64,000 nucleotides of DNA from an uncultured Patescibacteria group bacterium (GTDB lineage Bacteria; Patescibacteriota; Microgenomatia; UBA1400; PJMF01), in the NCBI GenBank assembly GCA_905478415.1, contig CAJQIG010000001.1, positions 150,098-214,097 on the forward strand. Reading direction: 5' to 3'. Numbering within the stretch: the first letter of the stretch is position 1; each line of letters starts with the position of its first letter. The notes below the pieces were generated by a model that saw nothing but the letters and a program-made list of their open reading frames with translations, made no database searches and was not told the origin of the DNA. The position numbers were made by a program, and so were the translations under genes. Of the stretch, positions 48,811 through 58,634 are shown in pieces.

Positions 48811-49145
48811 ATACAAAAATTCTCAGCACAACCTTTATCGGAGAGGCGCTAGAAGAGACAGTACTCAGAGATATTTTAGCTGATGTGCCCAGTGAACAAC
48901 AAGATACGGTACTCCAACGCATTGCTGCTACCATTGGACTCAGTACCCTCAAATATATCTATGAAAGTATTGACGATACTCATAAAAAGATTGCCTTTCT
49001 CCATGCTATTCCACAGTTTCTAGCACAAGAGTTACTCTTAGCTGATCTAGCTGAGTACAGCGAGAACATGCCTCAATTAGCTCGAGAACATATTACTCGA
49101 TCACTCTTGGCTTTGAGAACAAAACTAAAGGCATTTACTACCTAG
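48807..49145 (+). CDS. Hypothetical protein
   Basis: 112-aa ORF; ATGA overlap with the upstream gene. Confidence 0.6.
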   Translation: MNTKILSTTFIGEALEETVLRDILADVPSEQQDTVLQRIAATIGLSTLKYIYESIDDTHKKIAFLHAIPQFLAQELLLADLAEYSENMPQLAREHITRSLLALRTKLKAFTT

Positions 49146-49192
49146 ATCATCTGGCATGACCAGTTAATTTATATTAGAATGACACTCGTACT

Positions 49193-49582
49193 ATGATAGT
49201 TATAAATTTATATATTGGTTCCAGATATCCTGTTAATCGAGCTAAACTCAGAAAAGCTGCGCGTGAGGTTCTTAAAAACAATGGTATCGATCATGCACAA
49301 GTTGATATTTCGGTGGTTGGAAAAAGAAAAATCAAAAAATTAAATGAGTCCGAACTCAAACATGAAGGCACTACTGATGTTCTTTCATTCCCTATTCACG
49401 AAAAGAACAGCCTCAATGATTTCCCACTACCCGAAGGTATTCCCCCTCACTTGGGCGACATTGTGGTTAGTTTTCCCGAAGCAGTCAACACTGCTAAGCG
49501 ATATGGAAAATTGGTTGATGATCAAATTTGTTTTTATCTGCAGCATGGTATGATGCACTTACTTGGATATCACCACGATTAG
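49193..49582 (+). CDS. ybeY: rRNA maturation endoribonuclease YbeY
   Basis: TDVLSFP, LGDIVVS, HGMMHLLGYHH motifs. Confidence 0.93.
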   Translation: MIVINLYIGSRYPVNRAKLRKAAREVLKNNGIDHAQVDISVVGKRKIKKLNESELKHEGTTDVLSFPIHEKNSLNDFPLPEGIPPHLGDIVVSFPEAVNTAKRYGKLVDDQICFYLQHGMMHLLGYHHD

Positions 49583-49588
49583 ATCATT

Positions 49589-51178
49589 ATGCCCTGGAAC
49601 AGAACCTACCGACCACACACCTTAGCAGACCTCCATCTCACTTCAGTTAGAGAAAACTTACAAACACTTTTAAAAAATAAGAAAATCCCTCATGTCTTCC
49701 TGTTTGCTGGACCAAAAGGCACCGGTAAAACCAGTTCATCAAGAATTATTGGTGCAATTTTAAATGAACCTAAAAACAAAGAAATTGTGGAAGAACTCTT
49801 TTTTGGTAAAAAGGCTTCAAAAAAATCATTTGTTCCACCTGACCCCTCCAACCCTTTTATTGAAAAAATACTCACTGGTTCTTCATATACCGTCCAGGAA
49901 ATGGATGCGGCATCAAATCGGGGCATAGATAACATTCGTGAACTGAAAGAACGAGTCGCTCTCCCTCCTCAAGAAGGACTCGTAACCGTCTATATTCTTG
50001 ATGAAGCTCACATGCTGACAACTGAAGCCTTTAATGCCCTTCTTAAAGTACTTGAAGAACCACCTGAACATGTTGTCTTTATTTTAGCTACAACCGAACT
50101 TCATAAAGTTCCTGATACTATTAAATCCAGAAGTCACCTTGTTGCCTTTAAAAAAGCGAGCAAAGAAGAACTGACCCAGGCACTTGAAAGAATCATTGGT
50201 AAAGAAAAATTAAAAGCTGAACCAGAAGCAGTGCAATTAATTGCAGCCCATGCAGATGGGAGTTTCAGAGATGCAATCAAGTTACTGGAATTACTTTCTG
50301 AAGAAGGATCACTCACGCTTTCGGCAGTCACCACCGCCCTTTCGTTGACTGATAGTGGTTCGATTACTGCTTTCGTATCTGCACTCATTCAAAAAAACGC
50401 AGCTGAGGTAGTCTTGCTCTTTCAAAAGCTCAGAGACCAAGGAAATAACGAGAAGTACTTTCATACAACACTGCTTGAGTATTTGCATGCAACACTGTTA
50501 GCCAACTATGGTATCGGTACCGCTCCTCTCGAAATAACAGAAGCTGCCACTCTCTTTCTATTAAAAGAATTTGCAGACTCACAACTCTCAACCCAAAGTG
50601 TAATTCCATTTTTACATTTGGAAATTAAAACACTTGAAATCATTGCTCGTGCTACCCAAAAGTCAAACACTTCACCAAAAGTCCGAAGCAAAGCCGAGTC
50701 AATAGCTCCTGCTCCAACTATAACATTGCCATTACCAATGAGTACTCAAAACTCACCCACAAAAAAAGAGATTCAAAAATTACAGCGAATAGAAACAGAA
50801 ATAGTAAGTTCCCCAGCTAGAATCACTGTTAACTCAGATGCACCACAAGGTGATGGTCAGGTACTCTTAGAAAAATGGAAGACATTCGTCGATGCAGTAG
50901 CTGCAGATAATAGTACTTTTGGTGCGCTTCTCAGGTCAGCCCAACCAATTTCAGCAGTAGATAACGAAATTACTATTGGCGTCTACTATAAGTTTCATCA
51001 AGAACAGCTCTCTGACACTAAATTTTTAATACGGGTTCAGGATTATGTCGAGAAAATTTGTGGTGGCTATATCAGCTTTACTTTTACATTAGTAGACACT
51101 CCAGCTACAGCCGACTTGACTAGCCCCTCAAACGAAGCCAAGGACCTCGCCCAACTAGCCAGCGAGAGTTTGATGTAG
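49589..51178 (+). CDS. dnaX: DNA polymerase III subunit gamma/tau
   Basis: YRP, GPKGTGKTS, DAASNRG, LDEAHML, LEEPP, GSFRDA motifs. Confidence 0.93.
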   Translation: MPWNRTYRPHTLADLHLTSVRENLQTLLKNKKIPHVFLFAGPKGTGKTSSSRIIGAILNEPKNKEIVEELFFGKKASKKSFVPPDPSNPFIEKILTGSSYTVQEMDAASNRGIDNIRELKERVALPPQEGLVTVYILDEAHMLTTEAFNALLKVLEEPPEHVVFILATTELHKVPDTIKSRSHLVAFKKASKEELTQALERIIGKEKLKAEPEAVQLIAAHADGSFRDAIKLLELLSEEGSLTLSAVTTALSLTDSGSITAFVSALIQKNAAEVVLLFQKLRDQGNNEKYFHTTLLEYLHATLLANYGIGTAPLEITEAATLFLLKEFADSQLSTQSVIPFLHLEIKTLEIIARATQKSNTSPKVRSKAESIAPAPTITLPLPMSTQNSPTKKEIQKLQRIETEIVSSPARITVNSDAPQGDGQVLLEKWKTFVDAVAADNSTFGALLRSAQPISAVDNEITIGVYYKFHQEQLSDTKFLIRVQDYVEKICGGYISFTFTLVDTPATADLTSPSNEAKDLAQLASESLM

Positions 51179-51228
51179 TAGAATTGAGCTCACAAGAAGT
51201 AATACTAATTTGAATAACGAAAGAAATT

Positions 51229-51510
51229 ATGGCAAATCCTTTTCAAGCCCTCGGAGACATTAATAAGCTCAGAAAACAAGCAAAACAAATGCAGGACGAA
51301 CTCTCTGGCGAAACAATTCGTGTAGAAGAAGGTGATATCGTTGTTGAGATCTCTGGATCACAAGAAATTAAGACCTTCTCAGTTCAAGGAATTAGCAGCG
51401 ATGAAGCGGTAAAAGTCCTCAACAAAGCTATTAAAAAATCACAAGAATTAGCTGCCAAAAAACTTCAGTCAATGACTGGTGGCCTGGGTGGCATGCTCGG
51501 AGGAAAATAA
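51229..51510 (+). CDS. ybaB: YbaB/EbfC nucleoid-associated protein
   Basis: KQAKQMQ..L N-terminus, GGLGG tail; directly after dnaX. Confidence 0.85.
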   Translation: MANPFQALGDINKLRKQAKQMQDELSGETIRVEEGDIVVEISGSQEIKTFSVQGISSDEAVKVLNKAIKKSQELAAKKLQSMTGGLGGMLGGK

Positions 51511-51514
51511 TCTA

Positions 51515-52102
51515 GTGGAGATTGTCCTAGCAACAACAAATCCTGGTAAAATAGCCGAAGTTAACTCATTGTTTAAAGATAGTGGTATCTCCATTCTGTC
51601 TATCAACGATGCTAAGGTTCCAGCACTTGAAGTTGAAGAAACAGGTGACACCTTTGCTGAAAATGCAGAATTGAAAGCTCGAGCCTTTGCAGTGGCCACT
51701 GGCCTCCCTGTCTTAGCAGATGACTCTGGACTTGAAGTCACTGCCCTCGGTAATCAACCGGGAGTCAAAAGTGCTCGCTGGGTTTCCGGGAGCGATACTG
51801 ATAGGAATACTGCTCTTCTTGAAAAACTCTCCACCATAAAAGACCGCTCTGCCCGTTTCAAAACCGTCATTTGCTACTTAGAAAATGCAGATGCAGAACC
51901 ACACTTTTTTGTTGGAACAGTCTCTGGTACTATCAACACTGTTGCTAGCGGAAAAACTGGTTTTGGATATGACCCAATTTTCATTCCCGATGGTCACACG
52001 CAAACATTTGCTGAGCTTGGTATGGATGTTAAAAACAAGCTTTCCCATAGAGCACAAGCTTTTACACAAGCAGCAACATTTCTTAACAAGCGACAAAATT
52101 AG
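51515..52102 (+). CDS. rdgB: Non-canonical purine NTP pyrophosphatase (RdgB/HAM1)
   Basis: ATTNPGK, ENAELKA, ADDSGL, GFGYDPIF, SHRAQA motifs. Start at GTG 51515. Confidence 0.93.
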   Translation: MEIVLATTNPGKIAEVNSLFKDSGISILSINDAKVPALEVEETGDTFAENAELKARAFAVATGLPVLADDSGLEVTALGNQPGVKSARWVSGSDTDRNTALLEKLSTIKDRSARFKTVICYLENADAEPHFFVGTVSGTINTVASGKTGFGYDPIFIPDGHTQTFAELGMDVKNKLSHRAQAFTQAATFLNKRQN

Positions 52103-52114
52103 AAAGATTTTCCC

Positions 52115-53323
52115 ATGAAACCTGGATATACTCCTTCAAAAAAGGTGTTAGAAAACTACGCAAAACTACTTGTCACTTTTGCACTCGGTGGCGGAGCTGG
52201 TATAAAAAAAGGCGATGTCGTTCAATTAGCTGTTCCAGATGTTGCCATGCCACTTGCACTGGCATTACAAAATGCGGTTCTTACAGCCGGAGGACACCCG
52301 CTCGTAAAAATCATACCGAGCAATTTTGATCGTGATTTTTATACCTATGCAAATGATGAACAATTAACTTTTTTTCCAGAAGATTATCTTCAAGAAAAAG
52401 CAAAAATGCTTGACCACTCCATTAGCATTATTGCTGATATTAATCCCACAGAACTTGCTGACGTAGACCCTAGACGAATTATGAAGTCCCGTGAGGCCAA
52501 GTATCCTTTTAGAGAATGGCTGTTTGCTAAAGAACATAGAAAAGAATTTTCCTGGACGATAGGTCTTTGGGGAACTCAAGCAAAAGCCGATATTGTTGGC
52601 CTGAGTCTCGAAGATTACTGGAAACAAATTATTCATGCCTGTTATTTAGACGCAAAAGACCCTATTTCAGAATGGAGAAAGCTCACACAGTTGCAACGAG
52701 ATATTAAAGAAAAATTAAATGCTTTAGAGATTGAATATGTCACCATTAAAGGCGCCGATGTTGATCTTAAAATTGCTATCGGTGCGGAACGTTCCTGGAA
52801 GACAGGCAGCGGCTGCAACATTCCAAGTTTCGAACACTTCACCTCGCCAGATTGGCGTGGTACAGAAGGCTGGATCAAGTTTAACCAGCCACTCTATCGC
52901 TATGGAAACATAATTGAAGGTATCCAGTTAGAATTTGAAAAGGGGCGAGTAGTTTCAGCTTCTGCAAAAAAAGGAGAAAAAACTCTCAAAGATATGTTAG
53001 CTACAAAAAATGCCGATAAATTAGGCGAGTTTTCTCTTACAGATAAACGACTCTCACGCATCACCCACCCGATGGCAGAAACTTTGTATGATGAAAATAT
53101 TGGTGGCCCTTTTGGTAATACCCACGTTGCAGTGGGCATGGCATATAAAGACTGCTACAAAGGTGAAACATCAAAGGTCACTCAAAAAGAGTGGGAAGAA
53201 ATGGGATACAACAACTCGTCTGTCCACACCGACATTGTCAGTACTACCGATAGAACAGTCACGGCACACTTGGTTGATGGCACAGAGTTAGTTATTTATA
53301 AAGGTGGATTGTTTGTGCTGTAG
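52115..53323 (+). CDS. M29 aminopeptidase (AmpS/aminopeptidase T family)
   Basis: NIPSFEHFTSP, LGEFSL, LYDEN, HVAVG, NNSSVHTD motifs. Confidence 0.9.
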   Translation: MKPGYTPSKKVLENYAKLLVTFALGGGAGIKKGDVVQLAVPDVAMPLALALQNAVLTAGGHPLVKIIPSNFDRDFYTYANDEQLTFFPEDYLQEKAKMLDHSISIIADINPTELADVDPRRIMKSREAKYPFREWLFAKEHRKEFSWTIGLWGTQAKADIVGLSLEDYWKQIIHACYLDAKDPISEWRKLTQLQRDIKEKLNALEIEYVTIKGADVDLKIAIGAERSWKTGSGCNIPSFEHFTSPDWRGTEGWIKFNQPLYRYGNIIEGIQLEFEKGRVVSASAKKGEKTLKDMLATKNADKLGEFSLTDKRLSRITHPMAETLYDENIGGPFGNTHVAVGMAYKDCYKGETSKVTQKEWEEMGYNNSSVHTDIVSTTDRTVTAHLVDGTELVIYKGGLFVL

Positions 53324-53327
53324 AAAT

Positions 53328-53356
53328 AAAAAAACAGCGGGTGTTGTACCCGCTGT
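53328..53356 (-). terminator. Intrinsic terminator of unit 5
   Basis: Minus strand ACAGCGGGT-acaac-ACCCGCTGT followed by a T-run. Confidence 0.8.
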
Positions 53357-53371
53357 GCTCTGTTCTCAACC

Positions 53372-53470
53372 TTACTTCGAAGAATACTTCTTTTTTAACT
53401 TTTTTACGAAGGTACTAAGGTTATCCCAAAAAATCAGTACCTTTTGCCGCCAAATAGGAATGTAAGTCAT
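53372..53470 (-). CDS. 32-aa cationic amphipathic peptide (unit 5 cargo; not in the ORF track)
   Basis: MTYIPIWRQKVLIFWDNLSTFVKKLKKKYSSK*; GGAGG at 53479-53475; has its own promoter and terminator. Confidence 0.7.
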   Translation of the reverse strand: MTYIPIWRQKVLIFWDNLSTFVKKLKKKYSSK

Positions 53471-53474
53471 TTTT

Positions 53475-53585
53475 CCTCCAAGAGTGGTATAAAGAACAAT
53501 TAAAGCTGCTTGCAATCAAAAGAATGTAATTTCTTTCTATATAAGCAACTCTCTTCAGTATATAAGAAAAACCAACAAAAGTCAA
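53475..53585 (-). promoter_or_regulatory. Unit 5 promoter and leader: TTGACT-17-TATACT, hairpin, boxA-like TGTTCTTTATAC, SD
   Basis: -35 53585-53580, -10 53562-53557, hairpin 53502-53552, boxA-like 53498-53487. Confidence 0.72.
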
Positions 53586-53605
53586 TAGTTATAGGATATT
53601 ATTAT

Positions 53606-54667
53606 CTAGGCGAGATCTATCTCATCATTCAAGTACACATCTTGCACAGCATGAAGTAACTTCACACCCTCTGCAAATGGTTTCTTGAATACTTTTCGGC
53701 CCATAATCAGTCCTGAACCACCTGCACGCTTATTAATAACCGCAGTTCGAACAGCATCGGCAAAATCATCTTCCCCACCTTTTGCTTCACCACCAGAATT
53801 AATAAGTCCAATTTTACCCAGGTAGCTATGGGCTACTTGATACCTCACTAAATCAATTGGGTGATCGGTGAGCAAGGTTTCGTACATTTCATCATTATAT
53901 TTACTAAATGCAAGTGCTTGGAACCCATGAAGTGGTGTTGGAAGTTTTTGTTTCACAATGTCGGCTTCAATGGTAACTCCAATGTGTATTGCTTGAGAAG
54001 TTATATCAACGGCTGTAGTGTAATCAGTATCTCCATCTTTATAGTTTGGGTTACGAGGGTAGCACCATAAAATGGTCAACAAGCCCAACTCGTGGGCGCG
54101 CTTGAATTTTCGACTAATCTCAACAATTTGGCGATGAGATTCATCGGAACCGAAGTAAATAGTCGCCCCCACACCCACAGCTCCAAGGGCGGCTGCCTGA
54201 TCTATAGTTGAAAACAGTAGTTCGTCACTTTTTGCTGGAAAGGTAAGATGCTCACTATGATTTAACTTAAGAATAAACGGAATTTTATCTGCATATTTTT
54301 TAGCATGGAGTCCAAGCACACCCAAATTACTTGCCAAACCGTTTGTACCACCTTCGATGGCCATTTTGATAATGTTTTCAGGATCAAAGTAAATTGGATT
54401 CTCATAAAAAGAATAGGCAGCTGTGTGTTCCATTCCTTGATCAACCGGAAAAATTGAAAGGTATCCAGTATTAGCAAGTCGACCTGTACCATATAAGCGT
54501 TCCAGGTTCGCAATAACTTGCTCCGATCTATCAGACTCAAGAAAAATTTCTTTGACATGATTAGGGCCAGTTTGGTGAATCGTTGCCTTCGGAATCCTAG
54601 CGCAAGTATGTTGTAAAAGAGAGTCGGCTTCACTTCCGAGTAACTGAGCAATTTGATCTATCTTCAT
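53606..54667 (-). CDS. fbaB: Class I fructose-bisphosphate aldolase (DhnA/FbaB type)
   Basis: GYLSIFPVDQG, GATIYFGS, LWCYPRN, ADIVKQK, NKRAGG.GLI.GRK motifs. Confidence 0.93.
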   Translation of the reverse strand: MKIDQIAQLLGSEADSLLQHTCARIPKATIHQTGPNHVKEIFLESDRSEQVIANLERLYGTGRLANTGYLSIFPVDQGMEHTAAYSFYENPIYFDPENIIKMAIEGGTNGLASNLGVLGLHAKKYADKIPFILKLNHSEHLTFPAKSDELLFSTIDQAAALGAVGVGATIYFGSDESHRQIVEISRKFKRAHELGLLTILWCYPRNPNYKDGDTDYTTAVDITSQAIHIGVTIEADIVKQKLPTPLHGFQALAFSKYNDEMYETLLTDHPIDLVRYQVAHSYLGKIGLINSGGEAKGGEDDFADAVRTAVINKRAGGSGLIMGRKVFKKPFAEGVKLLHAVQDVYLNDEIDLA

Positions 54668-54723
54668 GTTTTTTGAATCTCCTATTGGCTAACTTCTGTA
54701 CCATACGGACAATCTATAGTACT

Positions 54724-56415
54724 ATGAATAGTGTATCAAAAGTTACCTACAAGAAGAAGTCTCGTCAAATGAATACAACCATATCAAAAGACAACCCCAT
54801 TGCCTATTTTTGTGCTGAGTATGGCATAGCTACCGAATTACCTATTTATGCTGGAGGACTCGGAATCCTTTCGGGAGACACAATAAAAGCTGCTGCCGAT
54901 ATGGCTCTGCCTTTTATTGGTGTTGGTCTACTCTATCGTGGACATGGCGTGGTACAACATATTTCTGACGAAGGACTCCAAACTGAAGGTGACTATGTCT
55001 TTGATCCCCTCGAAAACGGCCTCGAACATGTCTATCACGATGGCGAACCACTGTTCGTGCAAGTTCACTTAACTGAACTTGATGTTTGGCTCAGAGTTTG
55101 GAAAAAATCTCTTGGCAATGGGGTAGTACTCTACTTGCTTGATAGTGAGACTGATCAGAATGAATTAATTGAACGAGATATCACCCAGGTACTCTATTCG
55201 GGAACTCAAGAAAATTTAGTCAAACAACAACTATTACTTGGTATTGGTGGGGTCAAGTTACTAGATAAACTTGGCATCACACCAAGCGTCTATCACATTA
55301 ATGAAGGCCGACCAGCTTTTGCTCACTGGCAACTTATTCGTCAAAATATGGATGACCATGGCATGGGATACGAAGACGCCAAAGTGGCAGCCATTCAAAA
55401 AACAGTGTATACAAACCACACCTTAGTAGCAGCAGGAAATCAATCGTATCCCCCCGAACTAATTAAAGCTTACAGCGCCTACTATGCTCAAAAAATGGGT
55501 ATTTCTAATGATGTTCTCATAGCTGATGGTTTAGAAGAAGGCGGCGGTTTTTCAATCACTCGATTTGCCCTAAATACTTCTCGCAGAGCTAATGGAGTCA
55601 GTTCGCTGCACTCTAGACTATCCGCACAGAATTGGCCTGAGTACGATTGGGTTAACATTACAAATGGCGTCCATCACTCTACTTGGAAAGCCCCAGAACT
55701 GTTAGATAGTCATACTCTTTCTTCTGCAGAACTTTGGAATATTCATCTCAAACTCAAAAAAGAAACCATGCAGTATGTGCAAGAAAAAACAGGTTTTGGC
55801 TATAATGAGCAAAACTTAGTGCTGGGTTGGGCACGAAGAATTGCTGGATACAAACAGCTCCCAAGTCTCTTTACAGATCTAGAACGTTTGAGAGGCATAT
55901 TGAAAAATAGTACTCGTCCAGTCCAAATTCTTGTAGCCGGTAAAGCTCACATGGGAGACACCGGTGGAAAACAAATGTTGCAACAACTCATTGGGAACTT
56001 CTCAAAAGAACTTGCTGGATCAGCCCTTTTTGTTCCTAACTACAACATTGAAGTGGCTCAGCATTTAAGCCGAGGCGTTGATGTCTGGTTGAACACTCCC
56101 GAATTTGGAAAAGAAGCATGCGGAACCAGCGGTATGAAAGCAACCAGTAATGGCGTTCTCAACTGTACAGTTGCCGATGGCTGGGCCGAAGAGGTTACGT
56201 GGGGCTCTCAAGGGTGGCCGCTTGATCACGAAAACATCTCAGAAAGTTTTTATTCGACTTTAGAATCTGAAATAGTTCCCCTCTATTATCAAAGAGATGA
56301 ACAAAACATTCCACAAGCGTGGATTGAAAAAATGCGTGCTGCTATGGACTTGGGAGATGAATATAGTGCGCAACGAATGCTGAATGAATACTTAACAAAA
56401 CTCTACACTGTATAA
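54724..56415 (+). CDS. glgP: Alpha-glucan phosphorylase (compact form)
   Basis: AYFCAEYG, YAGGLGILSGD, HINEG, ITNGVH, EACGTSGMK (PLP lysine). Start uncertain (54724 or 54769). Confidence 0.9.
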   Translation: MNSVSKVTYKKKSRQMNTTISKDNPIAYFCAEYGIATELPIYAGGLGILSGDTIKAAADMALPFIGVGLLYRGHGVVQHISDEGLQTEGDYVFDPLENGLEHVYHDGEPLFVQVHLTELDVWLRVWKKSLGNGVVLYLLDSETDQNELIERDITQVLYSGTQENLVKQQLLLGIGGVKLLDKLGITPSVYHINEGRPAFAHWQLIRQNMDDHGMGYEDAKVAAIQKTVYTNHTLVAAGNQSYPPELIKAYSAYYAQKMGISNDVLIADGLEEGGGFSITRFALNTSRRANGVSSLHSRLSAQNWPEYDWVNITNGVHHSTWKAPELLDSHTLSSAELWNIHLKLKKETMQYVQEKTGFGYNEQNLVLGWARRIAGYKQLPSLFTDLERLRGILKNSTRPVQILVAGKAHMGDTGGKQMLQQLIGNFSKELAGSALFVPNYNIEVAQHLSRGVDVWLNTPEFGKEACGTSGMKATSNGVLNCTVADGWAEEVTWGSQGWPLDHENISESFYSTLESEIVPLYYQRDEQNIPQAWIEKMRAAMDLGDEYSAQRMLNEYLTKLYTV

Positions 56416-56450
56416 ATTGCTTACTGCTTAGAATTATAGAGAACCTACGT

Positions 56451-56753
56451 ATGGCCGTACAAAAATATAAAAAATACTACGAATTGATGGTTGCCCAAAA
56501 TCAAAAAATGTTTGATCAATTTCTTGAAGTTCATAATAATTTTTTAGTTGATGAAAAAAAATATGCTACCCAATTTCATACTCTGGGACGTGATGTCACG
56601 GATACTATCCGTTTCTGGGAACGAAAACTCTGTTCTGGTATGGAGCGAGGAAAGAACAGTCAATACTCTAGCAAACTTGCAGAAAAATTTTGGGGGCAAG
56701 TGAGAAAGACCTATACTCACATTGACCTAGTTGGAGTTGAAGTAAAAAAGTAA
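56451..56753 (+). CDS. Hypothetical protein
   Basis: 100-aa ORF co-oriented between glgP and the antiporter gene. Confidence 0.7.
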   Translation: MAVQKYKKYYELMVAQNQKMFDQFLEVHNNFLVDEKKYATQFHTLGRDVTDTIRFWERKLCSGMERGKNSQYSSKLAEKFWGQVRKTYTHIDLVGVEVKK

Positions 56754-56766
56754 CATAGAAACAGAC

Positions 56767-58431
56767 ATGGAAGTTTTTGTTGAGCTCAGCTTAATTATCA
56801 CCATCACCACTTTAGTTTCATTTATCATGAAACAGCTCAAACAACCATTAGTGGTTGGGTATATTTTAAGCGGTATCCTTGTCGGACCGCTCTTTCTCAA
56901 TTTACTTCACTCCACTGACGTGATTGAGGTCTTCTCAAAGTTAGGCATTTCAATTCTTTTGTTTATCGTTGGACTCCATATGAATCCTAAAATTGTGAAG
57001 GAAGTGGGTTCTGTTTCGTTAATCACTGGAGTAGGTCAAGTGCTTTTCACCTCATTCTTTGGTTTTATTCTTGCAGTTCTACTTGGTCTTGATACGGTGG
57101 CAGCCATGTACGTTGCAATTGCCCTTACCTTTAGTAGTACTATCATTATTCTTAAACTTCTTTCTGATAAAGGTGACGTGCATAGTCTCTATGGGCGGAT
57201 ATCTGTCGGATTTTTATTAGTGCAGGATATCATTGCAACCTTAATTTTAATTATTGTGTCTTCGGTGGCAGGAGCAGGTGACATGCCGCTTTCATTCACC
57301 CTTTTTTCTGTTCTGATGAAAGGCGCTTTTATTTTGATTTCACTCGAATTAATAAAAAAATTAGTGCTTCCAAAGTTGCTCGAAGCAGCTTCGGATAACT
57401 CAGAGTTATTATTCATCTTTTCTCTGACTTGGGGACTTGGGTGTGCTGCCCTATTCTACGTCCTTGGACTCTCTGTAGAAATTGGTGCCTTAATTAGCGG
57501 AGTGGTGTTATCTTCTTCTATCTATGCTGAAGAAATCGGCTCACGCTTGCGACCGCTCAGAGACTTCTTTATTGTGCTCTTCTTTGTACTCTTAGGGGCT
57601 TCAATGACCCTTAATTCTGGATTTACATTAGTGCTACCAGTGCTTGTTTTATCACTGTTTGTCCTAATTGGAAATCCAATTATTGTCGTCATCATCATGA
57701 ACTTACTTGGATACCATAAAAAGACTGGGTTCCAAGCGGGACTTACCGTTGCCCAAATTAGTGAGTTTAGCCTTATTTTGGCTACATTAGGCTTTAATGT
57801 GGGACATATAAATCAGGAGATCTTAACCATGATTACTTTGGTAGGACTAATTACTATTTCTGGTTCAACCTACTTAATTTTGTATTCAGACAAAATCTAT
57901 ACTCTGATTGAAAAATACCTCTCATTTTTAGAGCTGAGAAAAAATAATCAAAGTAGTACCGGTAAATATGCAAAGGTCGATACCTTTATTTTTGGATTTA
58001 ATCGAGTTGGCACCACATTTTTAGATACCTTTAAAGAACTTGGCTATAACACTGGCATAGTTGATTTTGACCCGAATACTCTCGATAAATTGCCCAAACG
58101 AAGTAACTATTACTATGGTGATGTGGCTGATGTAGAATTTTTAAGTGAACTTCCTCTTGGACAAGTAAAGTTTGCTATTTCCTCAATTAAGAACCGTGAA
58201 GCAAATCTGACAGTATTAAAACACTTGGCGGAACGACAACCAAAAGCCATTAGTATTATCTTTGCTGAGGATGTTGTAGAAGCTCAAGCACTGTACGAAG
58301 CCGGTGCCAATCAAGTCGTCCTGCCTCACTTTGTGGGTGCCGAAGTCACTGCTAAACTCATTAAACGAGTAGGATACTCACCAGCTAGCTTCGACAGAAA
58401 AAAACAAGAGCACATCAAGAATTGGAGTTAA
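56767..58431 (+). CDS. CPA2 (KefB-like) cation:proton antiporter with C-terminal TrkA-N/KTN-like domain
   Basis: QPLVVGYILSG, LLFIVGL, FSSTII, LLVQD, AQISEFS, GFNRVG, YGDV motifs. Confidence 0.9.
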   Translation: MEVFVELSLIITITTLVSFIMKQLKQPLVVGYILSGILVGPLFLNLLHSTDVIEVFSKLGISILLFIVGLHMNPKIVKEVGSVSLITGVGQVLFTSFFGFILAVLLGLDTVAAMYVAIALTFSSTIIILKLLSDKGDVHSLYGRISVGFLLVQDIIATLILIIVSSVAGAGDMPLSFTLFSVLMKGAFILISLELIKKLVLPKLLEAASDNSELLFIFSLTWGLGCAALFYVLGLSVEIGALISGVVLSSSIYAEEIGSRLRPLRDFFIVLFFVLLGASMTLNSGFTLVLPVLVLSLFVLIGNPIIVVIIMNLLGYHKKTGFQAGLTVAQISEFSLILATLGFNVGHINQEILTMITLVGLITISGSTYLILYSDKIYTLIEKYLSFLELRKNNQSSTGKYAKVDTFIFGFNRVGTTFLDTFKELGYNTGIVDFDPNTLDKLPKRSNYYYGDVADVEFLSELPLGQVKFAISSIKNREANLTVLKHLAERQPKAISIIFAEDVVEAQALYEAGANQVVLPHFVGAEVTAKLIKRVGYSPASFDRKKQEHIKNWS

Positions 58432-58474
58432 CTTTACGCATTCATGTGGTAAACTATAATCGATTATTGCCCAA

Positions 58475-58545
58475 TCCCGAATAGTGAAGTGGCATCACAA
58501 CAGGTTCTGGTCCTGTTATCCTAGGTTCGAATCCTAGTTCGGGAT
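58475..58545 (+). tRNA. tRNA-Gln(CTG)
   Basis: Cloverleaf: TCCCGAA/TTCGGGA acceptor (U1-A72), GTGA/TCAC D stem, ACAGG-TTCTGGT-CCTGT anticodon arm, CTAGG-TTCGAAT-CCTAG T arm. CCA is not encoded (CCT follows). Confidence 0.93.
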
Positions 58546-58634
58546 CCTTTTTCTTAAAAAAGTATACTACCTGATAGATTTTATTTTAACTTTCCTTTTG
58601 AATACCAAAGCTTTCATCTTTATACTAGGTTCAT

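Noticed and set aside
50759..50820. dnaX A-AAA-AAA slippery site at codons 391-393, with a -1 frame stop at 50818-50820 (gamma-like product)
   Set aside because: The position is plausible, but A-runs are common here and I see no upstream SD-like or downstream hairpin stimulator.
54724..56415. Short glgP as a truncated pseudogene
   Set aside because: Catalytic and PLP motifs are intact in one uninterrupted ORF.
58545..58548. tRNA-Gln lacking an encoded CCA as a sign of a pseudogene
   Set aside because: The cloverleaf is intact, and many bacteria add CCA post-transcriptionally.
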